Source: Mytilus californianus
Lineage: Eukaryota
DNA length: 64,000 nucleotides
NCBI RefSeq assembly: GCF_021869535.1
Contig: NW_026262668.1
Span: 6,076,001 to 6,140,000 of the forward strand
Reading direction: 5' to 3'
Under the pieces are notes generated by a model that saw only the letters and a program-made list of their open reading frames with translations, ran no database searches and had not been told where the DNA came from. The translations under genes were made by a program, and so were the position numbers. Below are positions 1-12,777 of this stretch, in pieces. Position 1 is the stretch's first letter, and each line of letters begins with the position of its first letter.

Positions 1-1199
1 CAAAAATGGCATAAAAGTACAACAAAAATGCAGAATGAGTAATTTTTTTAGGTTTATTTGCTTCAACTATTTCCTGGGTGTTGAAATAGTTCATTCTAGC
101 ATCCTATGAAAAAAGGTTAATGATAAAATGATGAAGTTTTGGATTCGCATAAACAAAAAAAGACCCGGCAAAAATCTTGCAAAAAAATTACAGACAAATA
201 TAAATAATGCTATACAGTGACTTTTTAACGCGAAATATATCAATCATGCCTAAAGATGTAGCTTTTTCACACACAAATGAGTTAAATGGCATATGAGAAT
301 TTCTAATTTTAGATGAGAACGTATTTTATCTGAGTGGTTGTGTGGTTGTTTTCCCTTACAGCCTAATGCTATTTTTTTTAATCTATCAAAAAATTTTGTA
401 TTTGTAAAAACAGTCGTGATGACAAGACAAGATAAAACAATTATCTTAACTTAATTCAAAAGTATATACCCCTTCTTCTTCCAATAGCATTCACATGAAG
501 ATGAATGGTTCTTCGTTTTTGGGTAGTTTAGGCGATTTGAGCACACTGGCTAAGTTATGTGCACAGTGATTGTCGTTTTAACCAATGCGGTCATCCCCTT
601 ATTACGAATTGTAATGAGTACGTTATAAGATCTTCTATTGATTCGAAGTCCAGTCCTGACCTCAGTGACTTATTTTCAGTTTGACTACAATCCATGATCT
701 TCCAACTGGTGCTTTTTCCCGGAAAAAAAATTGACGTCACGTTGTCTTATAACGCGTTTTTCCCCCAAATGACCTTCGGGTCAACCGAGGCAGTTCATTC
801 ATAAAATCGAATCTTGCATGAAATCTTTTGTATTTATTCGATGGTGATAATAAACTTGATTCATGATTCACAGATGATTGCCACAATTATGACGTCATTT
901 TGTTAGATGACGTCATCTATGCAAGTTTAGGTGTATTTGACATACAAACAAAAACAGTAAGTATTGATTTATTCTTGTAGAGTGTAACGAGAATTAGCCC
1001 TTTGTCTTTTATTATAATGTAAAACATAAAAAAAAATCAATGCCTTCTGGTAAATCCATTCTATATATATAATAACGATTTGCGATTTGCTGTTGTCAAA
1101 TAGTTTCAAAAATGAGTGTACCGTGTGCTTGATTGAATGCCCAGTTCCATGAAAAAACAATATATATATCCATCAAATAAGTGGACTCAAGGGACGATC

Positions 1200-2655
1200 C
1201 AGTGGCGGATTTACCGGGGGGGGGGGGGGGGGGGGGGGCACAGGGGGAACGTGCCCCCCAGTCGGGGTCACCAAAAAATTTTCTAACATAGTTTTATTGC
1301 TACTGTATCTGCTTATCTAGATCGAAAATCAAGACACAGCTTGAATTGACTTCCTAAACTGGTCGTTAATTGACCCCAGCTTCAACATGTGTGATTTATG
1401 ACAACTTATCGATGGGTTTGTAAATATTGACACCTTTGTGTAATGTCTATATCCAAAAGCATTTATGTAAACTACATGTACATGTACATGCTGATTGGAA
1501 TTAATTCGAATATATTTATTGGTTTCTAATACAATATTACAGGAACAAGATCGATTAACAATTGACATTTTCTGATCAGAAAAGAAATTACCAACTAAAA
1601 TCGGTCAAGAATATGTAAAAATAGATGTTTAGTGTCAAGAATGTTAGTATCGATATGATATACCGTGGGGCGTCTTTTTTACCAAACACTCACCATGCTC
1701 ACATTGTATTCGGTTTCTGGGGAATGTCCCTTTCTCAGAACAGTCTTTTTCGGACTTTATTAAACAACAAACGATTTTTTTTAATGCATACAGCATTTTT
1801 TTTTAAACAGAATGTCGTGTTTTTCCCCTTATTTTTTTTTATGGAAACAAAAACGGGCGTCTTTTTTACCAAACACTCACCATGCTCACATTGTATTCGG
1901 TTTCTGGGGAATGTCCCTTTCTCAGAACAGTCTTTTTCGGACTTTATTAAACAACAAACGATTTTTTTAATGCATACAGCATTTTTTTTTTAAACAGAAT
2001 GTCGTGTTTTTCCCCTTATTTTTTTTTATGGAAACAAAACCTTCCCCCTCCACAAAACATGAATGGTCTGTGTCTTATATAATCATTAATAAAATGATAT
2101 TGTATCTTGGAAAACCTACTTATATTTGAGATGAAGAACATCAATAAAAGCTCATTGTGTGTTTTTTTTTGCTGTGCATGTACTGATTTTGTGTCATGGA
2201 TGAATACCCCATATCCTTTGTTTTTCTATTATAGTACAGTAATATGTGTATATTTTTCTTGTTTTAATTATCATGTATGAGGGTATGAATATTTTACCGT
2301 GAATGAGGGTATGAATGGTTTACCGTGAATGAGGGTATGAATGGGGTTTACAGATTAGAGAATAATGGTCAAAAAGTTGAGACTAGAAAAAAATAGGCCC
2401 AAAAAATATAGAAAACAGATTAAAGCTGTGATGAACTGTAAAGAATAGAGGACAATTGGCAGCAAATAAGAGAGTAGAAAGAAATGGACCCCAAAATAAT
2501 GAAAAGATATAACCACCATCATCCCCAATACATGACACCAACAACACCCACACTTGCATATAAGCATATATAAAAAAAATCTTAAATTTTGGTTTCATGG
2601 TCCCCCCCCCCCCCCCCCCCCCCAAAAAGACATCGAGGTTCTGGATCCGCCCCTG
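1200..2655. mobile_element. Non-autonomous TIR DNA element with hAT-like termini
   Basis: Left end CAGTGGCGGAT (1200); right end ATCCGCCCCTG (2655), 10/11 inverted match. CGATC is repeated on both flanks (1195-1199, 2656-2660). Poly-G and poly-C tracts lie just inside the ends. No transposase ORF. Confidence 0.6.
1668..2040. repeat. Near-perfect 187-bp tandem duplication
   Basis: GGGCGTCTTTTTTACCAAACACTCACC...ATGGAAACAAAA(A)C occurs at 1668-1854 and again at 1855-2040. Confidence 0.9.
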
Positions 2656-3840
2656 CGATCGATTTGATATTATAGGGAGGGGAGGATTGCAAGAGAATTT
2701 TAGAAATGAATATTCATGTCTGGTAAGAACTTAAATAGTAACCTTGCCCAAGAGAAGATGAAAATGATAGTCTGCACACCAAAATGTAGGAAATGAATGT
2801 GAACAAAAGTGAAAATAAATTTTCGCGCTGCAAAGCTGCTTAAAAAAGTTAAGCTGAACTAACAATAGGTAAGAACGAATTTCCTGCCAACAAATTGCAA
2901 ATAAATAGTCCTGGCTCACACGGAAGATCGATTGGTCGCCTCCTCACCTTGTTATAACTGTAAACAAGCATGTCTGGTAGATTCGCCCATAGGTAGATAC
3001 ATGTATTGCCTTTATGAAACACTTTCTTTGGAAATATTTTAAAAGGAAAATTTTCATAAATAGATTCCCATGCAGGTATAAAATTTAAGTATACATGTAA
3101 ATGTCCATGGTAATTTGATAGCTGCTATGGAGCGATTATAATGTGATAGCTTTTGGTGTGTAAATTATCAAAGAAAATATACAGAGATCCCCGTAAACTA
3201 GGAAAATTACAACGGAAATGATGGATTTCAACGAATTCAAATATTATGTCCCCCAAAACACATCTACAAAACACAATCCTGTTTGTGATAAGAAAACAGT
3301 AAAAGTAAAGATTTTAATAGTACCAAATCAGTTTTTCTGTATAAAGATATATATAAGAAGATGTGCTATGATTGCCAATAAGCAACTATATCTACCAGAG
3401 TTTGATTGACGAAGATATAAAGCAATTATATATAATCGTACGGCCTTCAGCATAGGGAAAATCCATACCGTATATTCAGCTATAAAAAGTCCGAAGTAGT
3501 TCATCTTAACAAGCTTTAATTATGCTGAAAAAAATGATCCGAACTATACGTAACAAACATAGTTTTATGCTGCAAATGGTAGAAATATATACAGCTAGGG
3601 TTGTTTGGAGGGCGGATTTCCTAGATGGACGGATTAACCGGACTCAATTGTCAGTGTGACATTTTACTTTTATTATGCATTCCGTAACTGAAATTTATCA
3701 TTTTTTTTATGTTTTTACTGGTTTATATTATTTAAATTTAATCTAAAGTATATCTGACATTTTCTGACACTATTTATTTTATACATGTGAAGTTCTTTTT
3801 CTGTAATATACTATGATAATCCTTACCAAATGTCCGAAAC

Positions 3841-4028
3841 CAGTGGCGGATTCAAGGGGATCGGGGGTGCGTATAGTGCGCACACCCCTCCTTGATTGGA
3901 AAATATATGATTTTTACCATAAAATCTTCCCAAAATTTTTCGCATCGCTACGCTAGACAATTTTCAGGGTTTTTTTTCAGTTTGTTTTAGGAATTACGCC
4001 CCTTTCAACAATACCTGATCCGACTCTG
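3841..4028. mobile_element. Degenerate hAT-like MITE
   Basis: Starts CAGTGGCGGATTC and ends with a decayed inverse, CTGATCCGACTCTG. No TSD visible. Confidence 0.45.
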
Positions 4029-4893
4029 CTAACAACAACAACAACAACACTACTTTATTTTAAGAGTGTAACACATATAGCCATATAACTAATCTTCCCT
4101 GAGGCCCTCATCATAGAAAATAATAAACAAAAATGTAAACTTATATATAGCATACCTAAGTATAAAAGTCAAATATTATGATAATGTACAACACAACTGC
4201 ATAAAATGTTATAAAAAATAAACATGATGAAATAATTGATATTCAATACTTTTCAATTGGTTGATTTCAATAAATGATCTGTCTTTTTGAATTTGAAAGA
4301 AGTGACATTTGCAATATCTCGTAACGATAAAGACAAATTGTTTCACAAGGATGGTCTAGAATACATAAAAGATTTCTTGAACATTTCGATTTTTTTTATC
4401 TTGAACAGCATTTCTCAAGAGTATAGGCTTTCCGTCTGAAACATAATGAAACTTGTTAGTAAGATAAGATGGAGCATCATTTTTGATCCTCAAAGCTCAT
4501 AGTTTACTCCTACAGTGAATTTGATAGAAATAGAAAATTCTATTTTACACCGTTGTTAGTTATTGAGAAACAATTATATGTTTTCGGGTAAAATTTTTAA
4601 TAAGTCATATTAATTTTCAGTACTCAGGGGCGTTGAAAAAATCGACAAGAATATTTCCACGCCCCTGCATCGTAAATTGGTTATAAATTCTAAATAGTAC
4701 TGTAAATGTTTTGTGTTACATTGTATATACATATGAATTCATGAAGTGTCCCGCGGCCGTGCAAAACGTCGATCTGGTTTGTTTCTTTACCGAAAAATCT
4801 GCGCATAGCTGTAACAATTTCCAAACACGATGGACGAGACGGAAAAACTCGGAGTTTTCTGGAAATTTGAAAACAACACTTGACAAATTTCAT

Positions 4894-4937
4894 GCGTCTG
4901 AAGCACTTTTCTGGATTTACCATCATCAGGAACGCTC
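4894..4937 (-). ncRNA. Type I hammerhead ribozyme motif (partly degenerate)
   Basis: Minus strand reads GAGCGTTC-CTGATGA-TGG TAAAT CCA-GAAA-AGTGCT-TC-AGACGC, i.e. a CUGANGA/GAAA core with stems I-III. The stem I pair next to the cleavage site is mismatched. Confidence 0.6.
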
Positions 4938-5815
4938 AAAGCAGAACATAACAAGAATTACTGTTTAAGGTGATTAAGCAAAATGGATTTGACAAACGGG
5001 GTTATTGCTCGGAAGGTAAGACCGTCAGGATTCTACTTTGTCAAAATTATCTCCCCATTACGCCACCTAATTTTTATAATCGTAAAAATGGAAGCCATTG
5101 TAGTGATGACGCGCTGTCAATATAGCTCTTGAAAACCTATCAAGTTCAAAAATATTTTAAAAAATGTCAGAGGTTTAAGACTAACTACCCTAGATAAAAC
5201 ACACAAAAAATGAAGTTTTTTTGAAGTTATGCATTTATAAGATCCACTTGTAAAGTCTGTCGTCAAGTACTTTTAGTAAAAATTTGTTATTCGAACACGC
5301 TTTCTCTGTTGTTATGACTAATTAGAAAGGTATTCCGCTTGACCCATATATTTCATTTTTTAGTACTGTAAATTTTTAAAGTTGTTATATCAACCTATAG
5401 CCTAATTATGTAAAAATAATAGAATCTAACGCGAGATGATGTATCAAAATATTTTTTTCTTTTATACGTTTTCAAGACAGAATAGTCAACTCAAACACGC
5501 CTGCACATAAAACGGAAACGGTGTACTTTACTTTATTTTTTCAATGAAATTATTGCCCATTTTGGGGATTTTTTCAGGAAAACTCTCGCCGGGGCAGAGA
5601 TGCAAATTAAAGCTTTAAAAAGATCAATCTATTATTTTTTTTTGGCGAAATTTATGCTTATGCACAAAAAAGATCCACATGTATTTGCACCTACCACAAT
5701 CGACTGTTTTGTGAAGATTTGTCTATAATATAAAAGTTTTGGTTGACGACTTCTTTAATAAACTCTTCTTAGTTACCTATTTTTGTGCGCCACTGAGACG
5801 CGAGTTACGTCTGTA

Positions 5816-6843
5816 TGGGGAGATATTGGTTGCAAAAATTTGATATTTCTTCATTTAAATGCAATATTTTTTATTTATTCAAATGGTATAATTTGTCATC
5901 CAAATGCAATATTTTTTATTCAATTGGTATAACTTGTCATTTTAATGCAATATTTTTTATTATATTTGTCGTTTTAACTGTAATTTGCAATGTTTAGTAG
6001 TTTTTTTATTTATATGCAATAATTGCATTATGGGAAATTGTTTGACGGTCACAAGGTTAAATTTGCAACAACGCATTTTTCGCCAGTTTTAGTTTAGGTT
6101 CGTGTTGCACAGTTATGTAGTGGTCTGTGATGTTTTTTGTGGTCCGTTGTTTTTCTTTTCGTCTCTTTTGTTTGCCATGTCATTTTTTTTGTCTGTCTTT
6201 TTTTTTGTCTTTTGTTTCTTCTATTATAAGTTTGTTTTGATTAGAATAACAAACTTTTTATTTTCATTCTCCAAATATTGAGTCATGAATTTTATATGTT
6301 GTAGTAATACGAAGAACTTTAAAAAAACGTACAAGAGTTACTTATCAAGAAAACATCTAAAATCTAGAATCCACCAATCACAAACGTTGTTGCAAATTTG
6401 ACCTTGTGACGTCAAACAATTTCCCATAATGCAATTATTGCATATAAATAAAAAACTACTAAACATTGCAAATTAAAGTTAAAACGACAAATATACCAAT
6501 TGAATAAAAAATATTGCATTAAAATGACAAGTTATACCAATTGAATAAAAAAATGTTGCATTTGAATGACAAATTATACCATTTGAACGAAAAATATTGC
6601 ATTTAAATGAAAAAATATACCATTTGAATAAAAAGTATTGCATTTGAATGACAAATTATACCATTTGAATAAAAAATATGGCATTTAAATGAAAAAAATA
6701 TACCATTTAAAGAAAAAAAATATTGCATTTAAATGAAGAAATATATCAATTAAATAAAAAATATTGCATTTAAATGAAAAAATACACCATTTAAAAAAAA
6801 ATATTGCATTTAAATGAAAAACATCAAATTTTTGCAATCAATA
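5816..6843. mobile_element. Foldback-type element with long modular inverted arms
   Basis: Left arm about 5824-6073 is the reverse complement of right arm about 6386-6843. The arms are built of ~32-45-bp tandem units (ATACCATTTGAATAAAAAATATTGCATTTAAATG), with more units on the right. Confidence 0.8.
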
Positions 6844-7129
6844 CCAACCATGCCATAACCCCCCCCCCCCCTTTTTTTACTTGCACTTTTTTTTTAATTC
6901 AGACTGTAAAATGATTAAACAGACTAGATTTCGTTAGCTTTCCCATTTCCCGTATATTTTATGCGACAATTCGTTACTTATAAAGATATTATTCGCTCGT
7001 ATATACGTGTAATATATTATTGATTATGTCAAAATCACGTGATTCGCTACCGTGGAGTTGATCAGTACGTCGAAAAAACGTCACTCAGTCATTTTGAAAT
7101 TCAAACTATAGTAACACATTTCTAAGGCT

Positions 7130-7246
7130 GAGGGGGGTGACACACTTTTGGGATTTGGGATATAGGGGGTAAAAAAAAGTGGGATCTGGGAAAAAGAAGG
7201 AAATAAAAGAACGAAATGGGATATGACCATAATGTGGGATGTGGGA

Positions 7247-7281
<35 letters not shown>

Positions 7282-9240
7282 AAAAAAGAAACAAAATGGT
7301 GAAAATGCATGAATGGTCATGATGTGTCTGATTGGTGGTGTCCCCAGTCATGGAGTCGAATACAGCATATTATATATAGATCTACATTTTTGAATTTGCT
7401 GTTTCGTTCTCTTCAGTATGTACAGAACTTATGAAAAAACCCACATCTTTGCCATAGTTCACGAATCCAGGTTCTTACTACGAACGCCCTGAAGGATTGG
7501 TGCCTTTTAAGGCAGTTGTGAAAATGCCAATAATCAAAGAAATCAAAATCCCTCAAGCGCATATTTACGCTTTGCAGATATTTCTTCCTATAATTATCCA
7601 AGGGTGTTCTATCTGATATAACACTCTTGGATAATTATAGGAAGAAATATCTGAAAAGCGTAAAATAACTCTCTATTAGACAACAGAACACCAAATTTAA
7701 AGCAGGAACACTTCCATTGTATGCATATCTGAAAGAGACACAAAGTGTTGATACAATTGACTTTGAAAAATTGTTGATTGATGAAAAAGAAATTGGTGAA
7801 CAATCATCTAATATAATGTTTCCAACTGGAACATTGTTACTTCTGTCTGTTGAAGTGTGGAATCTAATCAACAAAAACGAAAGAAGGATATGCGACTTAA
7901 TCATATTCAATACCACTATAGAAACACCTGTTGGATCGGACGATGTACGTGGGGATATGTTTGTAAATTCTCCAGGAAACCCCTTTATTTGTAAAACTAT
8001 TAACTGTATGACAATTGGCATAGACCACGTGGTGAAGGAACTATATCTGAATTCAGTATATCTGAACTTCTTTACGAGGAACTTATTGGAAAACCCCAGG
8101 ACAAAAACAGCAGTGGAGACGAACAGGTTGAAAACATCAACGCAGTTATGGGGATAACACAGTCTTCCGGGACACGACAAAGACGGACACCAAGTTATTT
8201 AAAAGACTATTTTGCTTTAAAAAATAATCAATGATCATCAATCAATGCTTTTTTAAAATTTATTATTAGCCCTTTCAGATCACTTTATATATTAATTATC
8301 TTGTCCCGGAAGGTTGTTATATCTCCATATTTGTGTTGCTGTCTTCATCGTGTTTGAATTTACTGCTTTTTTTTGTACAGGGGTTTTCCAATAAAAGTCA
8401 ATAAGTTCCTCGTAAAGAATTTTAGAAAAACTAACAGTGTTTCAATTTAATTCACATTAAGCTTCGCATTCAGAGATAGTTCTTTCACCACATGGTCTAT
8501 GCCAATTGTCATACAGTAAATAAAGTGTTACAAACAGAGGGTATTCCTGGAGAATTCACAAACTTCGTCCGATTTAAAAGGTGTTTGTTCCATGGTTTTG
8601 CATATATTTAGAGGCCATTTTCTATGTTTTTTATTGTTGATTAAATTCCATACTTCAACAGACAGTAGTATCAACCTACCAATTGGAATCATTATTGGTC
8701 ATGCTTGTACACCAGTAATTTTGTTCATCAATTAACAATTGTTCATCAATTGTATCACACTTTGTGTCTGATATGAAGATCCCCTGCTTTGGGTTTTGTG
8801 TTCTGTTGGTTTTGTGTTCAGATAAGTTTTGTGTTCTGTTAACTAAACGGGAGTTGCTTTAAGCATTGGAGGCATTTATTTTCATAGTCATCCAGGAGTG
8901 CTTTATCACCTTTGGTGGTTTTTTTCCTATTATTTCTTTTCACAAAAGCCTTAAATGACATTGTTTCTTGAGGTTGTAGTAAGAATCTGGACCAGTAAAG
9001 TATAGGTAAGGCAAATATGTGTTTATTCATAAGTTCTGTACATACTGAAGAACAAACAAGACAAGAAGACAACTCTAGGTTGCTCCAAATAGGGCATTAT
9101 GGAAAACCAAAATCTGGGATTTGGGAGAATTGGAAAAAAAAGTGGGAAGTGGGAAAAGTGGTCTAAAAAATTTAGGAAGTGGGAAAAATTTCCCCAAAAA
9201 AGAAGGATTTGGGAAATGAGCATCCCTGTGTCACCCCCTC
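7130..9240. mobile_element. 2.1-kb TIR element, superfamily unresolved
   Basis: TIRs GAGGGGG(G)TGACAC and GTGTCACCCCCTC. 6-bp TSD AAGGCT at 7124-7129 and 9241-9246. TGGGA-rich subterminal blocks at both ends. Confidence 0.8.
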
Positions 9241-9666
9241 AAGGCTGAGGATGACAAACATGGCGCCTTCAAAGCGACAAAGGATGGAGCAAGGACGTAT
9301 TGACTCCTATTTCACAATTCCACCCAACAGAAGGTAATACTCTATTACACTCACATGATAACAAAAAGTTCCACAGCTATAATATTCACCTACGATACCA
9401 TGTTTAACCCAACACGGCCCAGCCCATTAATAACATTGCTGAATAATGATCCCCAGTCAGTAATCTCTAGATAGATTAAAAGCCAAAGGTACGGACCATT
9501 TGATTTTTGCCTTTAAAAAAATTCTGGCCGTACCTGGGTTGAAAACAATAATCTTGCCCACTTTTTTGCTATTAGAAAAAAAATTTTCAAACAAAATTAT
9601 TTAGCATTAAATGTATAAAAAACGGGCGTATTTTTTTTTTTTTTTTGTTTCGCATGTAAATCCCAG

Positions 9667-9879
9667 GCCACCAGCGTAACATCCAGTTCCACAGAAAGGG
9701 CAAACTCGTCGTTAAAAAAAATTAAAACCTTCTCGCGCGGTACAATGGGAGAAGAACGCTTAAATGCCCTGTTACTTTTGTATGTCCATAAAAACATTGA
9801 ACTTCACTATGAAAAAATCATTGACGATTTTTCTCGACGAAATCCGAGGAAGATACTTTTGGTGAACCCTATGGCTTAG
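9667..9879 (+). pseudogene. hAT transposase C-terminal dimerisation-domain remnant
   Basis: Manual translation ATSVTSSSTERANSSLKKIKTFSRGTMGEERLNALLLLYVHKNIELHYEKIIDDFSRRNPRK matches the hAT dimerisation pattern (TSxxxERxFSxLxxxKxxxRxTMxxERLxxL). A hAT-type 3' terminus CTGGATCCGCCCCTG lies at 10326-10340. Confidence 0.85.
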
Positions 9880-11575
9880 ACGACAGATTTGTACAGGATC
9901 ATCACTAGAAACTCTCAATAAATGTTTTTGTGGATTTATTTTTTATTGATAAGTGAATAAAGTAAATCATCAATTATATTAGTATGATCAGATGCAACTG
10001 GGTGCGAATCACAAATTCGCAATGCATTCTTCAGATGCTAGTTGTGACCTCTATTTCAGTGACTGACTTGGCTAGGGAGAATTTTTCAATGTCCTTTTTT
10101 TAATGACAAATCCCACATCAAATACATAGCTTTGGATCCATCCAATCATTTCATAATAGACAATTAATGGGGAGAATACGACATCAAAAATGTCCAACCC
10201 TTACACTTTAACGATAAAATATACATGCCCCACGTCAGGAACCGTTACATTAGTGCATTTTACACTTATTCTATGTTTTTTAGCCAACAACATAAGTTTC
10301 TATTCTACACCCCCTTTCAAAAATCCTGGATCCGCCCCTGGAATATTTTATTTTGAAAATATTTTCATTTCTTGGCAGGGCTGGTGACCGTTGTTTTTTT
10401 TTTTGCTCAAGACAGGTGTTGTAGTACTAGCTGGCTCCTTCCCATGATTTGTAAAACAAATATTTAATACAAAAACACATGGAATCATTACACAAGACAC
10501 TTTTAGAGCCATTACTATTAAGCATACGCTCGGTTGTACAAAAAATCTGGCCTTTCGAGTCAACTACAGATACAACACGTTTGACTGACTGTTGCCGATA
10601 TTGGTCATTAACATCTATTCTACTATAAGTATAAAGGGAAGAAATACTCTACGGTATCGTAAATTGGTCTGAAAAACTAAATAACACCCGCATAATATAT
10701 ATCTAAAGTACAATAGTGAATCTTGTAGTAACAATAAGCGTTAAGGACGAAACTGTCTGTAGTTTGTATAGCTGCAACCACAGGAGCTTGTTACCGAAAA
10801 AAATGATACATATTTGTTAAGTAAAGGTATAAAGGTATCAAATTATTTTTCAGTAACAAGTGCCCGTGACTGTGACCCTACCATCAAAATGAAAAAAAGT
10901 TATATTGGTGTGGGATATATGTGTGAATGAGACAACAGAACGGCAAACAACCAAAGGGTGTCATCCGGGTTTGCCCTCTTTTAATTACATGCATATATAA
11001 ACATGAGGGGAATTGTTAACAATTAAAGTCAGTTTCTTAAATTTAGGCATATTATTTTCCTGTAAAATCTTAAAAAGCATACATATTTTATGTTGAAAGT
11101 TGATTCGATATTGAGATTTAAAAAGGAAAAATATTATAACAAAAACTATAAATATAATTAAAAAAGAGATGAATGCTATAAGAACATTAATATTGAGATT
11201 TAAAAAGGACAAAATATTATAATAAAACTATAACTATAATTAAAAAAGAGATAAATGTCATAAGAATTTTAAATGAGATTATAAAATAAAAAAAAAATAT
11301 ATGTACAAACTAATAACAAACAAAAAATGTACTCATATTTCTATCTATTCATCTAAGATATTATAATTGAATTAATTTTTCAATCCAAATATTTAATAAT
11401 TATGTGAACAGTATTCCGCATCCAAGCTAGGATGTCAATGATGATGATTGGTTTTAGAGTCCTTTTTGATATTGCGGACTCATATTAGTAAGTTACAGAT
11501 TTGGACCTGCCTGTCTTTTTGCTTTCATTTTGCTCCGAATGCGATGTTGTAGCTGGTACGGAGTATTTAGCCGTT

Positions 11576-12166
11576 CTAACAGCATGACAGCTTCTCTTTG
11601 GGTTGAAGGTTCAAGGGCAACCGATGCGGTGGTGTGGTTAGAAGGTCATGGTCGTCGATGTCAAACCCTTCATCAAAGTCGATACTACTACGCTTGCCTC
11701 TTTCAGTTGTCGACGTGTAGTAAATAAGGCGATGACATGCCTTCTTGGGATTGTACGGACTGGTGACAATATCCTTGTTGATGACAGCTCTCACTGGTTG
11801 ACCTCTGTACTTAGTTGGTGTGAGTAGTTTACCAACTACTGTGTCACTAGCTTCTGTCTGACTGTTGTACATGTAGTCTACCCTGGCCTCGGTGTTTTGT
11901 TGTTGTACAGCAGCGGGAACAACTGTTGTTTTTGTGTCCATCCACAGGGCGAAACGGTTAGCGTTGCGTCTCCTGGTAGATAGTGGCTTGTTCTTCTTTT
12001 TCAGTGCCGGCTCAGGTTTCCTAGATGAGGTGTCCGGTTCCTTAGCCTTGATCCAAGTGAGTTGTACAGAGACCTGGTCAGAGCTGGCGGTGAATTTCCA
12101 TTCCAACTCTTTTCCATCCGACTTCATAGTTACAAGTAAGGCTTTCAATTCATTTGATAGTTCCAT
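11576..12166 (-). CDS. Unknown protein, unit A (196 aa from ATG 12166; original C-terminus appears frameshifted)
   Basis: ORF MELSNELKALLVTMK... is 49/72 identical to the unit B N-terminus. A downstream frame, LERLNTPYQLQHRIRSKMKAKR, is homologous to the unit B C-terminus. Confidence 0.65.
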   Translation of the reverse strand: MELSNELKALLVTMKSDGKELEWKFTASSDQVSVQLTWIKAKEPDTSSRKPEPALKKKNKPLSTRRRNANRFALWMDTKTTVVPAAVQQQNTEARVDYMYNSQTEASDTVVGKLLTPTKYRGQPVRAVINKDIVTSPYNPKKACHRLIYYTSTTERGKRSSIDFDEGFDIDDHDLLTTPPHRLPLNLQPKEKLSCC

Positions 12167-12777
12167 AATGATTGTCCACGAAGTGATCGATTCTAAGTCC
12201 AACTCACGAATAGGATGTCAACTACTCAAGTTATGCTTTTGTAGAAAGTTCTCTTAGCTTAGACAAGCTTATTATCATCTGTTTGAACACTTCTCACACT
12301 TTCGTTAGTAATATAAATAGACAGGTCGGTCAAATTCAAGCCATTCTAGCCATTCTAAACCGTCATCCTTGTGAACAATTATTATGGAAATACCGAATGA
12401 TTTGACCCGTTCCTTAGCCTTGATCCAAGTGAGTTGTACAGAGACCTGGTCAGAGCTGGCGGTGAATTTCCATTCCGACTCTTTTCCATCCGACTTCATA
12501 GTTACAAGTAAGGCTTTCAAATCATTTGATAGTTCCATAATGATTGTCCACGAAGTGATCGATTCTAAGTCCAACTCACGAATAGGATGTCAACTACTCA
12601 AGTTATGCTTTTGTAGAAAGTTCTCTTAGCTTAGCCAAGCTTATTATCATCTGTTTGAACACTTCTCACACTTTCATTAGTAATATAAATAGACAGGTCG
12701 GTCGAATTCAAGTCATTCTAGCCATTCTAAACCGTCATCCTTGTGAACAATTATTATGGAAATACCGAATGATTTGA
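12037..12777. repeat. 372-bp tandem duplication covering the shared intergenic region and both ORF starts
   Basis: 12037-12405 is repeated at 12409-12777 with about 6 substitutions. The ORF-track ends at 12202 and 12574 are offset by 372. Confidence 0.9.
12684..12718 (+). promoter_or_regulatory. Candidate TATA + Inr core promoter
   Basis: TATAAATA at 12684-12691 and TCATTC at 12713-12718, placing A+1 31 nt after the TATA T. The upstream duplicate is at 12312/12343. Confidence 0.45.

Noticed and set aside
500-900. Coding-looking stretch near the window start
   Set aside because: All frames contain stops and I recognise no motif.
7249-7279. Long poly-C/poly-G tracts (also 1216, 2602, 61051) and the Gly/Pro-rich ORFs across them
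   Set aside because: These are homopolymers typical of the MITEs here; the ORFs are incidental and tract lengths are unreliable.
7635-8180. 181-aa minus-strand ORF as a gene
   Set aside because: It is the antisense shadow of ORF 7717-8157; the synonymous changes favour the + frame.
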